From a virus (taxonomy: Duplodnaviria; Caudoviricetes): 64,000 bases of DNA. The position numbers were made by a program, and so were the translations under genes. Below are positions 17,846 through 26,828 of the stretch, in pieces (position 1 is the first letter of the stretch; every line of letters begins with the position of its first letter). Under the pieces are notes generated by a model. It saw only the letters and a list, made by a program, of their open reading frames with translations. It made no database searches and was not told the origin of the DNA. The stretch lies in the IMG/VR virus record IMGVR_UViG_3300009868_000001, positions 45,067-109,066 of that record; one strand, written 5' to 3'.

Positions 17846-18810
17846 AAAGAGCATTAGTATGTGGTGCAGGTGGATTCATCGGAAGCCATCTTGTAAAAAG
17901 ACTTAAGAATGAAGGATTCTATGTAATTGGCGCCGATTTAAAGATGCCGGAGTTTAGTAAAACAGCAGCAGACAAGTTTATAATAATAGACCTTAGAGAA
18001 CCGGGTCTTTGTGATGCTCTATTTAGAGAAGGAAAGTTTGATCATGTGTATCAGCTTGCTGCCGATATGGGCGGAGCAGGTTATATTTTTACTGGAGAAC
18101 ATGATGCGGATGTGATGCACAACTCTTCACAAATTAATCTTAATATTGCTAAACTTTGTGTAAAGTTTAACGTTGAACGTGTATTTTATTCTTCATCTGC
18201 TTGTATGTATCCTGCATACAATCAAGAGGACCCTAATAATCCTAACTGTAAAGAAGATTCAGCATATCCTGCAAACCCAGACTCAGAATACGGTTGGGAA
18301 AAGCTTTTCAGTGAAAGGTTATATCTAAGCTTTCATAGAAACTATGGCTTAAATGTTAGGATAGCCAGGTTCCATAACATATTTGGACCTGAAGGAACCT
18401 GGACAGGCGGAAAAGAAAAGGCTCCAGCTGCCATATGTAGAAAGGTTGCTTCAGCTGAAACTGGAACGTCAATCGATATCTGGGGAGATGGAGAACAGAC
18501 CCGATCGTTTCTTTATATTGATGAATGTGTTGAAGGAATCAGAAAATTAATGGAATCTGATTTTGTTGGTCCGGTCAATATTGGTTCAGATGAAATGGTC
18601 ACTATAAACGACCTTGCAAACAGGACAATTACAATATCAGGAAAAACCCTTTCCTTAAACCATATTGAAGGTCCTCTTGGAGTAAGAGGTAGGAATTCTG
18701 ATAATAATTTAATTCAGGAAAAATTGGGATGGTCACCTAATAAACCATTAAATGATGGTCTTGCTTCCACTTATGCTTGGATTGACGAACAAGTTAAAAA
18801 GACTAAGTAA
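17842..18810 (+). CDS. GDP-mannose 3,5-epimerase-like NAD-dependent epimerase
   Basis: GAGGFIG, LAADMGG, SSSACMYP, YGWEK, GGKEKAPAA and GVRGRNSDN motifs are typical of GME. Confidence 0.85.
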   Translation: MKRALVCGAGGFIGSHLVKRLKNEGFYVIGADLKMPEFSKTAADKFIIIDLREPGLCDALFREGKFDHVYQLAADMGGAGYIFTGEHDADVMHNSSQINLNIAKLCVKFNVERVFYSSSACMYPAYNQEDPNNPNCKEDSAYPANPDSEYGWEKLFSERLYLSFHRNYGLNVRIARFHNIFGPEGTWTGGKEKAPAAICRKVASAETGTSIDIWGDGEQTRSFLYIDECVEGIRKLMESDFVGPVNIGSDEMVTINDLANRTITISGKTLSLNHIEGPLGVRGRNSDNNLIQEKLGWSPNKPLNDGLASTYAWIDEQVKKTK

Positions 18811-18811
18811 T

Positions 18812-19132
18812 GTGAGTAAGACATATTTAATAGACATAGACCAGACCATTTCTAAGACAGACGGTCTGGCTTATGAAAGGGCAGAACCAATACTAAACAA
18901 CATCAACACTGTAAATCGATTATTTGATGAAGGTAACACAATAATTATATGGACTGGACGTGGTCTATCTAAAGGACCTGAAGAGTCGTTAAAAATAATG
19001 CAAATGACCCGGAATCAGTTACGTAAATGGAACGTTAAGTTTCATAAGTTTATACAAAAACCGGTTGATTTTGATTTTGTTATAGATGATAAAGCAATTG
19101 AGTCACATACGTTCTTCTCTAAGCAAGCCTAG
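18812..19132 (+). CDS. Small HAD-family phosphatase
   Basis: DIDQT, WTGRG and KP...IDDK motifs. GTG start at 18812 preferred over the ORF-track start. Confidence 0.75.
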   Translation: MSKTYLIDIDQTISKTDGLAYERAEPILNNINTVNRLFDEGNTIIIWTGRGLSKGPEESLKIMQMTRNQLRKWNVKFHKFIQKPVDFDFVIDDKAIESHTFFSKQA

Positions 19133-19133
19133 G

Positions 19134-19757
19134 ATGGACGTCCTGGTCTTAGGAAATGGACCTCAAATATTAGACATAAATTTTGAAATGATTAAGCCTG
19201 AAGTAGTGACTTTAGGTGTCAATCGTATTTGGCTTAGGTTTGTTCCAGATTATCTTTTTTTTCATGATTCGGACGTATTATATGAAATTGAAAAGAGACA
19301 TGACATTGATTTTTCAAAGACCACTTTAATAGTAAGTGATTGGCTCAAAGAACCTATTACTTCAATTGAAGGTAGGTTCAAGCGTGTAGTTAAAATAAAT
19401 CGACCTAGACCCACCTCCTTTCCAGATTCAGTCTCTACTGCTATTCAGATTTTTGCTGAATCGATATTTAACAATAAAGACATTAGATTTTACATCGCTG
19501 GTGTCAATCTTAAGTGGATTGAACCTAGTCATTTTTGGAAGTCTATTGATTATTCTGATTCCATGAACAGTCATGGAAAAGATTGGTATGATTCTAGGTT
19601 TATTAAGATGTTTAAAAACTTTCAACACTTAATAAAGTTAGGTTATAAACTTCAATCCCTTACTCCAAATTCCTTATTAAATAAACTGATGAATAGGTCT
19701 AATATAGAACACCTCTATATGAATCCTGTCCTACTTAGAAACAGTAACCGTATCTGA
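19134..19757 (+). CDS. Second Maf/DUF115-like protein
   Basis: VLGNGP, LGVNR, PDYLFFHD, IAGV and HFW motifs. ATG 19134 preferred. Confidence 0.6.
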   Translation: MDVLVLGNGPQILDINFEMIKPEVVTLGVNRIWLRFVPDYLFFHDSDVLYEIEKRHDIDFSKTTLIVSDWLKEPITSIEGRFKRVVKINRPRPTSFPDSVSTAIQIFAESIFNNKDIRFYIAGVNLKWIEPSHFWKSIDYSDSMNSHGKDWYDSRFIKMFKNFQHLIKLGYKLQSLTPNSLLNKLMNRSNIEHLYMNPVLLRNSNRI

Positions 19758-20522
19758 CATTGCAAGTGTCTTAAATGTCTCGACAAAGTTTGCGGCTAAA
19801 CCTGGTGTCGTTGGAAACTTTGAATCGATTAAAGTTGCCATAACAGTTAATAATGCAAACATTTTATCTCCTAAAAGTGCAGGACCTGTCACTGTGCTGT
19901 GACCTAACCGTGTAAACTGACCGTCAACATGAACGTTATTTGAACTTGCCTTTATTTGAGACCCTGAAGTAAGGTTTATTTGACTGTCTGATGTTATCCG
20001 TATCGTTCCACCCTTAAGTTCAATAAGAGATTGAGACTGCTTATGAACTATTTCTATTGAACTGTCTTGATTGATACGGATCATAGATTCCTTGTTCTCA
20101 ATCGTTATACCCTTCTTTACTGTAAAATAGATTTTAAGACCTTCGTCCCCGTCATAAAGTATGTAATGGGAGCCTAAATACTCTCCTTCCTTCTTTAACT
20201 GTTCCCTAACGTCATCTGCTATTTCTTGAATCTGTCCATATTCTGGTGAATATATGTCACCGTTTACAAATTCAATTTGGACCAGGTTTCCGTTCTTAGG
20301 AATCGAAACAGAACCTCCCTTGCCTTCTTTTCCAAAATATGTAGATTTTTGTGACGGGTTTGCCCAAGGTAAATCAGCGTCCTCTATTCCTTCATACACA
20401 CCATATACGCGAACCTTACACCTACCTATTTTTTCAGGATCTTCTGAATTGACTACTATTCCTAAATATTTGTTTCCAGCATATTCAGACCCATATGAGT
20501 CCTTTTTAATATCGTTTATCAT
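19731..20522 (-). CDS. Baseplate hub/spike protein (gp5/VgrG OB-fold), no lysozyme domain
   Basis: GIVVNSEDPEKIGRCKVRV, LPWA and P..G..V.IEF.NGD..P motifs, then beta-helix-like repeats. Confidence 0.85.
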   Translation of the reverse strand: MINDIKKDSYGSEYAGNKYLGIVVNSEDPEKIGRCKVRVYGVYEGIEDADLPWANPSQKSTYFGKEGKGGSVSIPKNGNLVQIEFVNGDIYSPEYGQIQEIADDVREQLKKEGEYLGSHYILYDGDEGLKIYFTVKKGITIENKESMIRINQDSSIEIVHKQSQSLIELKGGTIRITSDSQINLTSGSQIKASSNNVHVDGQFTRLGHSTVTGPALLGDKMFALLTVMATLIDSKFPTTPGLAANFVETFKTLAMSDTVTVSK

Positions 20523-20541
20523 AAAGTCTTATACTACTTTT

Positions 20542-22380
20542 TTAGTCACGGTACACGTTTCCTAAATCTTCAGGTCCATTGTCTAATGGTCGAATGTTGT
20601 AGTTTTCACCTAAGTCTGATGGACCGTTTGGAAGTTGTTCATCTGGATAATTATCACCTAGAAACTTTGGACCACCTGACAGTTGATCGTTTGGATAGAC
20701 ATCTCCAATTGTGTCAGGGCCGTTCATTAAATGATTGTTCGGATAGACGTCCCCTAAATCAGAAGGTCCATTTGGTCCAGGGCCGTCTGGATAGACATCA
20801 CCTAGGACATTAGGTCCATCAGGTAACTGTCCGTCTGGATAAACGTCTCCTATTACTTCAGGTCCGTCTGGTAATTGGTTATCTGGATACACATCGCCAA
20901 TTGAGTTAGGTCCGTCTAATATTTGAGAGTCTGGATAAACGTCTCCAATTACTTGAGGTCCATCTGGAAGTTGACTGTCTGGATAGACATCACCTATTGA
21001 GCCAGGTCCATCAGGTAATTGACCATTTGGATAAACGTCTCCAAGAACCTGAGGTCCGTCTGGTAACTGATCGTTTGGATAAACGTCTCCAATTGTATTG
21101 GGACCATCTGGTATTTGAAAATCAGGATAATTGTCTCCCAAGTCGGTCGGACCGTTTGGTATTGCATCAATATCATATATCTTCCCAAGGTCATTAGGAC
21201 CGTTTGGAAGTTTAGTTGTCGGATAAACGTCTCCTCCGAGGTTATCATCAGGTCGTCTAGCGGCCCTACGTTGAGGACCAAAGTTAAATAGAGGAGTTGT
21301 GTGATTAAATAGAGGGTCTTGGTTGTATATGTTTCCTAAAGAACCGTTTTCTACTAACTTTTGAAGCTCGCTTATTCCTGTGTTTATTAATTGAGAAGGA
21401 ACCGACAGAACCTTTTCAAGAGCACCTTCACCACGTAATAAAGCATTTTTAGCAACGTTTGCAAACGGACCTAAATCGTTTGCTATTCCTAAAAGGTCCA
21501 GACTATTACCTCCGCCTATAAACTGTTCTTTAAGTGCATGTGCTTCTTCGAAATACCCAATCTTTATTTTAAAGCTTGAAGAAAAAGGTTTTTCAGGAGT
21601 GTAAACTGTAAAACCAGAACCGTCTCGTGCCCTTAAAGAATCTGAGAAATCAAATTCACACTGATAACACCTATACCTTAGATAGCCAAAATGATCTAAT
21701 GCATTTGATATAGATATCTGTGCATTAGGGTTTATTGTACCAGGATCGTCTTTTTTGACAGGGTATTTCACTTCATTAATCAGACGGTTACCTGCATCGT
21801 TGTTTTTCTTAAGACCAAATGTTGTAATACCTGTTTCGAGAATCTCCCTAAAGTTTCTTATTTCAGCAAGGTAAATGTCCATACTAAACCACCTAAGATT
21901 ATCAGGCAGTCTATAACGAATGTTTCGTTGATCATATGCAAGCTTTCTATAAAGGTTAGCTATTGTCAAAACCCTTAGGTCTAATGATTCTAAAGTGTTT
22001 ATTGAAACAACAGCCCCGCTTTTTAGTTTTGGACCCATTCTAGTTGCAATGTTCCATAAGTCTCCTACTCCATCAATAGATTGAAAATACCATGGAGTCT
22101 CGTCTGTTATACTCTGTAAAAGCTGCTTCATCGCTGGAATGCAATTAGCATTTGCTGAATAATCATACTTATTTAAAAACTGTTTAGCAGAGGCAACGCT
22201 GTCTGTTTCATGAAACAGAGGGCTTGCTGTCAGATTAGTAAAAGGATCAATCATTTCACCAGTGAAGTCAAAATCAATAGCAAACGTTAAGTATGTAGGT
22301 TCATCGAACGGGTCTCCGTTCATAAATCCCTTTCTAAACCGATTGGTCTTATTTGATATGTCTAAGAAATTTGCTGGCAT
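20542..22380 (-). CDS. Baseplate/tail-tube-related structural protein with 16-aa C-terminal repeats
   Basis: PWYFQSIDG and LESLDLR tube-like domain; sits among baseplate genes. Confidence 0.55.
   Translation of the reverse strand: MPANFLDISNKTNRFRKGFMNGDPFDEPTYLTFAIDFDFTGEMIDPFTNLTASPLFHETDSVASAKQFLNKYDYSANANCIPAMKQLLQSITDETPWYFQSIDGVGDLWNIATRMGPKLKSGAVVSINTLESLDLRVLTIANLYRKLAYDQRNIRYRLPDNLRWFSMDIYLAEIRNFREILETGITTFGLKKNNDAGNRLINEVKYPVKKDDPGTINPNAQISISNALDHFGYLRYRCYQCEFDFSDSLRARDGSGFTVYTPEKPFSSSFKIKIGYFEEAHALKEQFIGGGNSLDLLGIANDLGPFANVAKNALLRGEGALEKVLSVPSQLINTGISELQKLVENGSLGNIYNQDPLFNHTTPLFNFGPQRRAARRPDDNLGGDVYPTTKLPNGPNDLGKIYDIDAIPNGPTDLGDNYPDFQIPDGPNTIGDVYPNDQLPDGPQVLGDVYPNGQLPDGPGSIGDVYPDSQLPDGPQVIGDVYPDSQILDGPNSIGDVYPDNQLPDGPEVIGDVYPDGQLPDGPNVLGDVYPDGPGPNGPSDLGDVYPNNHLMNGPDTIGDVYPNDQLSGGPKFLGDNYPDEQLPNGPSDLGENYNIRPLDNGPEDLGNVYRD
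20545..21240 (-). repeat. About 15 tandem 48-nt / 16-aa coding repeats (GDVYPDxQLPDGPxxI)
   Basis: Directly visible in both DNA and protein. Confidence 0.9.
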
Positions 22381-22381
22381 T

Positions 22382-23809
22382 TTATGAACCGAATGTTTTT
22401 GCTGGTTTCCATTCTTTTCTGGCTAACCAAAGCTCAGTTACATACCTATTTTTATTTTCAGGTGTGACTGGTCTATATTTATAAACTACGTCTTTTATGT
22501 AGTATTGTCCTGTCGTGTATTCATCGACATATGTTGACCTATCCAAAGAACCTGCCGGAGTATTTTGAGTATTTGTTTCAATTGCAAGTTCTTCTGCTGT
22601 GTCAACGAAAATTGCGGCCAAAACCTTTTGTCCTCTTGTCAAAGATGCATTAAATCCTCTAAGTGTTACCTTTAAAAGGTTTTTATCTAATTCTCTATTG
22701 TTATGGTCATTTATAAGTCGTGCAAACTTATAGTTCTTATGGGCATTATGATAATCTATTCCTAACCATTTCACAATCTCTCCCTTTTTAAAATCTTCAA
22801 GTTGAGGTAACTGATATTCTTGACCTTGAGTTGGAGTCTGTTTAGTTATAGGTTCTTGGTAAAAGCTAAGAACCTTTTGTTCTTTTGCATGGTCATACCA
22901 CATTGCCCTCTTTCTAATAAATTCTTCCTTTAGGACTTGTCCGTGTTCGCTCATAAATCCATAATTGATTATGAATGAGTCTCCTTGTTTTGCATTTGGG
23001 TGGTTTGTTACTATTGCTGGTGTTGGAAACTTCGCTTCCTCTTGGCTTGAATAGTTAAACCTAGTTTGTCCTATTGACGCTTGATTTAAACCCAATAAAG
23101 TTTCATCCAAGTCTCCTGCTTGCATTATCTTTTCAATGTTGACATAATTCAACATATAATATCTGTCGATGAAACACGTAAAGAAACTTGATTCGTCCTT
23201 ATACGCATATTCAATTATTCTCTTAATGAGACCTCGATAGTTTATGTTTGGTGCCAACCAAGTCATCTTGTCGTTTGGCTTTTCCTCATTTGACGCAAAT
23301 CCCAGACCAAGTTCCTCTGATATCTTTCTAAGTGCATCAAATGAAGACATGTTTGAGTATGCCTTACTAACATTGTTATAAAGATTAGGAACATATAACT
23401 CTCCACGCACATCATAAACTGGTGTTGGACCATATGATGGCCTTATTGAAGTTATCAAAAAATCTGCACGAAACGGTTTCAGCTGAGTGTGTGTTGATTT
23501 TACATAAACGCTCATTATTGGTTTATATTTAGGAGCCCTAATACCGGTGAAAACTTTGTCATGGTCTATAAAGCTCATGGAGATTTCAGGTAAAAATGAA
23601 TTCTGAGTGACCTGAAAATTAATTATTGAGCTTCCATTTATATAATGGTCATTGATTTTTACAAATGGAGTTATAGCACCGGTTACTTCAGATGGAGCAG
23701 GTTGGACGTTATAATTGTTTCCATCTGCTTTCTCTAAATATGGTTTGTCTAGCGTCTCTAATGCAATTTTAGGTTGGCTTATCGATAATATTTTATAGTC
23801 TAACGCCAT
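22382..23809 (-). CDS. Baseplate hub protein (gp27-like)
   Basis: Size, position and C-terminal TGQYYIKDVVY..Y.TELWLAR pattern. Confidence 0.55.
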   Translation of the reverse strand: MALDYKILSISQPKIALETLDKPYLEKADGNNYNVQPAPSEVTGAITPFVKINDHYINGSSIINFQVTQNSFLPEISMSFIDHDKVFTGIRAPKYKPIMSVYVKSTHTQLKPFRADFLITSIRPSYGPTPVYDVRGELYVPNLYNNVSKAYSNMSSFDALRKISEELGLGFASNEEKPNDKMTWLAPNINYRGLIKRIIEYAYKDESSFFTCFIDRYYMLNYVNIEKIMQAGDLDETLLGLNQASIGQTRFNYSSQEEAKFPTPAIVTNHPNAKQGDSFIINYGFMSEHGQVLKEEFIRKRAMWYDHAKEQKVLSFYQEPITKQTPTQGQEYQLPQLEDFKKGEIVKWLGIDYHNAHKNYKFARLINDHNNRELDKNLLKVTLRGFNASLTRGQKVLAAIFVDTAEELAIETNTQNTPAGSLDRSTYVDEYTTGQYYIKDVVYKYRPVTPENKNRYVTELWLARKEWKPAKTFGS

Positions 23810-24399
23810 TATTGTTTAAAGATCTTGTTATTTATGAGTGCTTCTTTTATTCTACTACGGGATAGAGGTTCAGGACAGTCTCTTTTTTGAACTTGAGTTA
23901 CGTCTTCTCCAAATACCACACTTCCTCCGCTAATCTTAATGCTTGTGTCTCCTGGAAGAACAACATTAGGCGGAGCGACTGGGTCCCTAGATATTTTATT
24001 AAGATGGTCCATCCTAGATTTATCACGCTGAGTCTTTGGTTTAACTAATTCAATCTTAGAAGACCTAGCCGACCTGTCTGACGATATATTAAGCATCTGT
24101 TTTCCACAAGACAATAAATCTTGTTCAAGCGGTGCGTAAATTATCTGTCCTGGATATAATGAAAATGGATTTGATATTCCATTAAACTTTAGAAGGTAGT
24201 CCATTAAGTTCTGATTTCGATAAATGTAATGAGAAAGAAGGTCAGGTCTCATGGCAGTATCATCTGTCACTCTATAAACAGAGTGTTGGTTGAATCCACC
24301 AAGCGCACTAAAATCGAAGATTCCACGAACAAGTTCAACAATCCTTTCTCCAGTCTTCTTGACAAAGAAACCCTTACTTAATGTTTTTAATAAAATCAT
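23809..24399 (-). CDS. Baseplate wedge protein (gp53-like, LysM-like)
   Basis: RPDLLS..IY...LLKFNGISNPFSL..G motif. Confidence 0.7.
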   Translation of the reverse strand: MILLKTLSKGFFVKKTGERIVELVRGIFDFSALGGFNQHSVYRVTDDTAMRPDLLSHYIYRNQNLMDYLLKFNGISNPFSLYPGQIIYAPLEQDLLSCGKQMLNISSDRSARSSKIELVKPKTQRDKSRMDHLNKISRDPVAPPNVVLPGDTSIKISGGSVVFGEDVTQVQKRDCPEPLSRSRIKEALINNKIFKQ

Positions 24400-24412
24400 C
24401 TCTTCTTAATTT

Positions 24413-26329
24413 TTATTGACCTCCTGTTGTCTGGGTAGAGCTTCCGCCTGCTACGTTTTGAATAATCTGAGGATTTGAGTTTCGTTCGGACGGATTCTGA
24501 ATACCTTGAGACACTATCTCTTTATTTGAACCAAAGTATGAATCAATAAGGTCAGTATTATATCCTTTACCATATGCATTTTCAATTCTCTTTCTAATCT
24601 GTCCAATATCAACTCCTTGGTTTGCTTCTGCTTTATTTGCAGTGCTACCCTGTTTTGCTTCACTGTCGCTATATACTGGTTTATAATTAAGTTGAGTGTT
24701 TCCTGCTGTGTAGGTATTAGACTGGCTAGACGGAGATTTAAGGTCTTTGACATACATTGCACCGTTACCCAAGTTGAATATCGATTCATATCCAAAAAGG
24801 TCCCTAGGTTTAGCCATTTGCAGAGTCACAGTAAAGGTAACTTCAGTTGGGAAGTCATCAGGGCCCAGTTCGTCTCCTAATTCAATTTGAACGTCCTTAC
24901 ATATAAGGTCTCCAAGTGTTGCGATAGGATTTAATGGATTTCCTATGACTAAGTGCCATTCTCCGATTGGACGATAGTTTAACGGACTTCTTTCGATTAT
25001 AGGTCTCATTGAACTACCGAAATAGCTTGCTAGAAAGTTATTCACCAACGTATTTCCTACGTTTCCAATAGTTCCAGTTGGGTCTTTTTTGGCATCGTTT
25101 CCTACGTTTTGTATAGATGTGTGTATGACTGAAAGCATGTTTCCGGTCAAAACTTTCATGGCTTCAATTACCTTGTCCATGTTTCCACTCTGCATGGCTG
25201 AACTGACAAGCTCATTTACCTTAGGGTCGTTTAAGATTGCACCAGCAGTTGGGACATATCTTTCTAGTATGTTGAGATATGTTCCGTTTAAATAAGTCAA
25301 TTCTAAAAAGTTTGACAGAAGGTCAAGAAATGCAACTTTGGCCCTTACTCCTGCGTATGAGCGTAGGTTGTAATGAAACTTTATCGTGATAGGTTGAGCA
25401 TATGATCCAGTAGACAGACCCCTGTCTCTTATCATCGTTCTGTCAATCACGCTGACCGGACCAAATATTTGGTCCCAGTAAGGTCCGTTTGTATAAAGCT
25501 GTTTAAAATACTTCTGCATATTCTCAAAATATCCTGTAAAAAGAAGTTGTGATGACCCGTTAGAATAGTTACCGTCTTTTTTATACTCTGAAAGGTCATA
25601 TAACGTACTTAAAAACGGCTGGATTGCGTCTGCTTTATCCTTGCCTAAAAGACTCAATAGAGATTTCACGGTAATTTCGTTACCTTCAACTAATTGTTCT
25701 TGCACTTGAATCTGTTTCCAGTTTATGGAAAGTTTGTTTGGAATTATCTGACTCAATTTGTTACCTGTCTCTTCACCAAACCAAGTTACAGCCTGAGAAA
25801 GTGGGACCAATACTCGATTTTTTGCGGCTTTGAGATTGTCGTTTACAGGAAATGGATATCTTCTAAGTGTTATTAATCGGTTGTTTGGAATTTTACCATA
25901 GTGTTTACACCATAGAAAATCTGTCCATGAATATGGAGTAGGGCCTAAGGCATCTTCGGATGCATCCTTAAAGTTTCTAAAGTATTCGATGATGGTTTTT
26001 GCATCTGGATTATCGATGACATCCTGGAAGTCCGGACCTATCTCTTTCATCTTACCTCCACCAAACACCTGGTTTTGTAGGTTTTGGGAAGATTGTGAAG
26101 CGTTTGGGTTTCCATTAGGAACTGCTGACCTTCCTTGATAGTGTAGACCAACATTGTATGTGTTAATGTTTGCTCCAAACTTAGAATACCTGAAAAGGGA
26201 ATACTTATTGAATATGGCATCTACTCCAAATCCTTTACCTTGACTTATAATATGATCCCTAACTTGGGGTGCATATGAATTTTGAAGACCAGGATCTCCA
26301 AATAAATCAGCGACTGTTAGTTTAGCCAT
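24413..26329 (-). CDS. Virion structural protein (baseplate/tube-initiator-like)
   Basis: First gene of the baseplate operon behind TATAAATA. C-terminal GDLIC...LGPDDFPTEVTFTVTL...PRD tube-like motif. Confidence 0.5.
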   Translation of the reverse strand: MAKLTVADLFGDPGLQNSYAPQVRDHIISQGKGFGVDAIFNKYSLFRYSKFGANINTYNVGLHYQGRSAVPNGNPNASQSSQNLQNQVFGGGKMKEIGPDFQDVIDNPDAKTIIEYFRNFKDASEDALGPTPYSWTDFLWCKHYGKIPNNRLITLRRYPFPVNDNLKAAKNRVLVPLSQAVTWFGEETGNKLSQIIPNKLSINWKQIQVQEQLVEGNEITVKSLLSLLGKDKADAIQPFLSTLYDLSEYKKDGNYSNGSSQLLFTGYFENMQKYFKQLYTNGPYWDQIFGPVSVIDRTMIRDRGLSTGSYAQPITIKFHYNLRSYAGVRAKVAFLDLLSNFLELTYLNGTYLNILERYVPTAGAILNDPKVNELVSSAMQSGNMDKVIEAMKVLTGNMLSVIHTSIQNVGNDAKKDPTGTIGNVGNTLVNNFLASYFGSSMRPIIERSPLNYRPIGEWHLVIGNPLNPIATLGDLICKDVQIELGDELGPDDFPTEVTFTVTLQMAKPRDLFGYESIFNLGNGAMYVKDLKSPSSQSNTYTAGNTQLNYKPVYSDSEAKQGSTANKAEANQGVDIGQIRKRIENAYGKGYNTDLIDSYFGSNKEIVSQGIQNPSERNSNPQIIQNVAGGSSTQTTGGQ

Positions 26330-26346
26330 CCCTTATGCTTTCTTTT

Positions 26347-26354
26347 TATTTATA
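26347..26354 (-). promoter_or_regulatory. T4-type late promoter (TATAAATA)
   Basis: Exact consensus upstream of the baseplate operon. Confidence 0.7.
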
Positions 26355-26372
26355 AAGAAAGCAATAGAATCA

Positions 26373-26828
26373 CTAGTCACTAGACTTACCGATGCTTATT
26401 GAGTATTTAAAGTTATCTTTATTTAGGGACTGACCCATGCTTATGTCTACTGAGTCAATGTAGAATGGTAGGTTTTTAAGCTCAACCGTCACAAACTCGT
26501 CTTGGTTTGAAAAATCAGTCTCCTTAAATTCAAAGGTCTCATCAGTTGATATATCTCCTGACTCTGAGTGATATGTTGTTACTTTAATTGAAAAGGATAT
26601 TTCCTTGATCTGGACATACATTCCAGATATTCCATTTTTGCTGGATTCAATCTTAACTGAAAACTTAATGTTAAAGTCTAGGAGCTCAGTCTCAGTGTCA
26701 TCGTCTCCTGGTCCGTCATATAAGAAAACATCAAACGATTTTCTAGAGTTAGTGCTTGAGTCGAAAAAATCTAACTCTAGATCATTCGTTCCAAAGTTTT
26801 CAAAAAGAACTATTTGATTGTTTCTCAT
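26373..26828 (-). CDS. Hypothetical acidic protein
   Basis: 151 aa; N-terminal IVLFENF motif. Confidence 0.6.
   Translation of the reverse strand: MRNNQIVLFENFGTNDLELDFFDSSTNSRKSFDVFLYDGPGDDDTETELLDFNIKFSVKIESSKNGISGMYVQIKEISFSIKVTTYHSESGDISTDETFEFKETDFSNQDEFVTVELKNLPFYIDSVDISMGQSLNKDNFKYSISIGKSSD

Noticed and set aside
11203-19757. Glycan locus as host contamination
   Set aside because: Its last gene overlaps the baseplate gene end, composition looks similar by eye, and it carries the same promoter-like motif as phage replication genes.
20545-21240. 48-nt periodic repeats as a CRISPR array
   Set aside because: The units are contiguous, in frame, vary at synonymous positions and have no unique spacers; this is a coding repeat.
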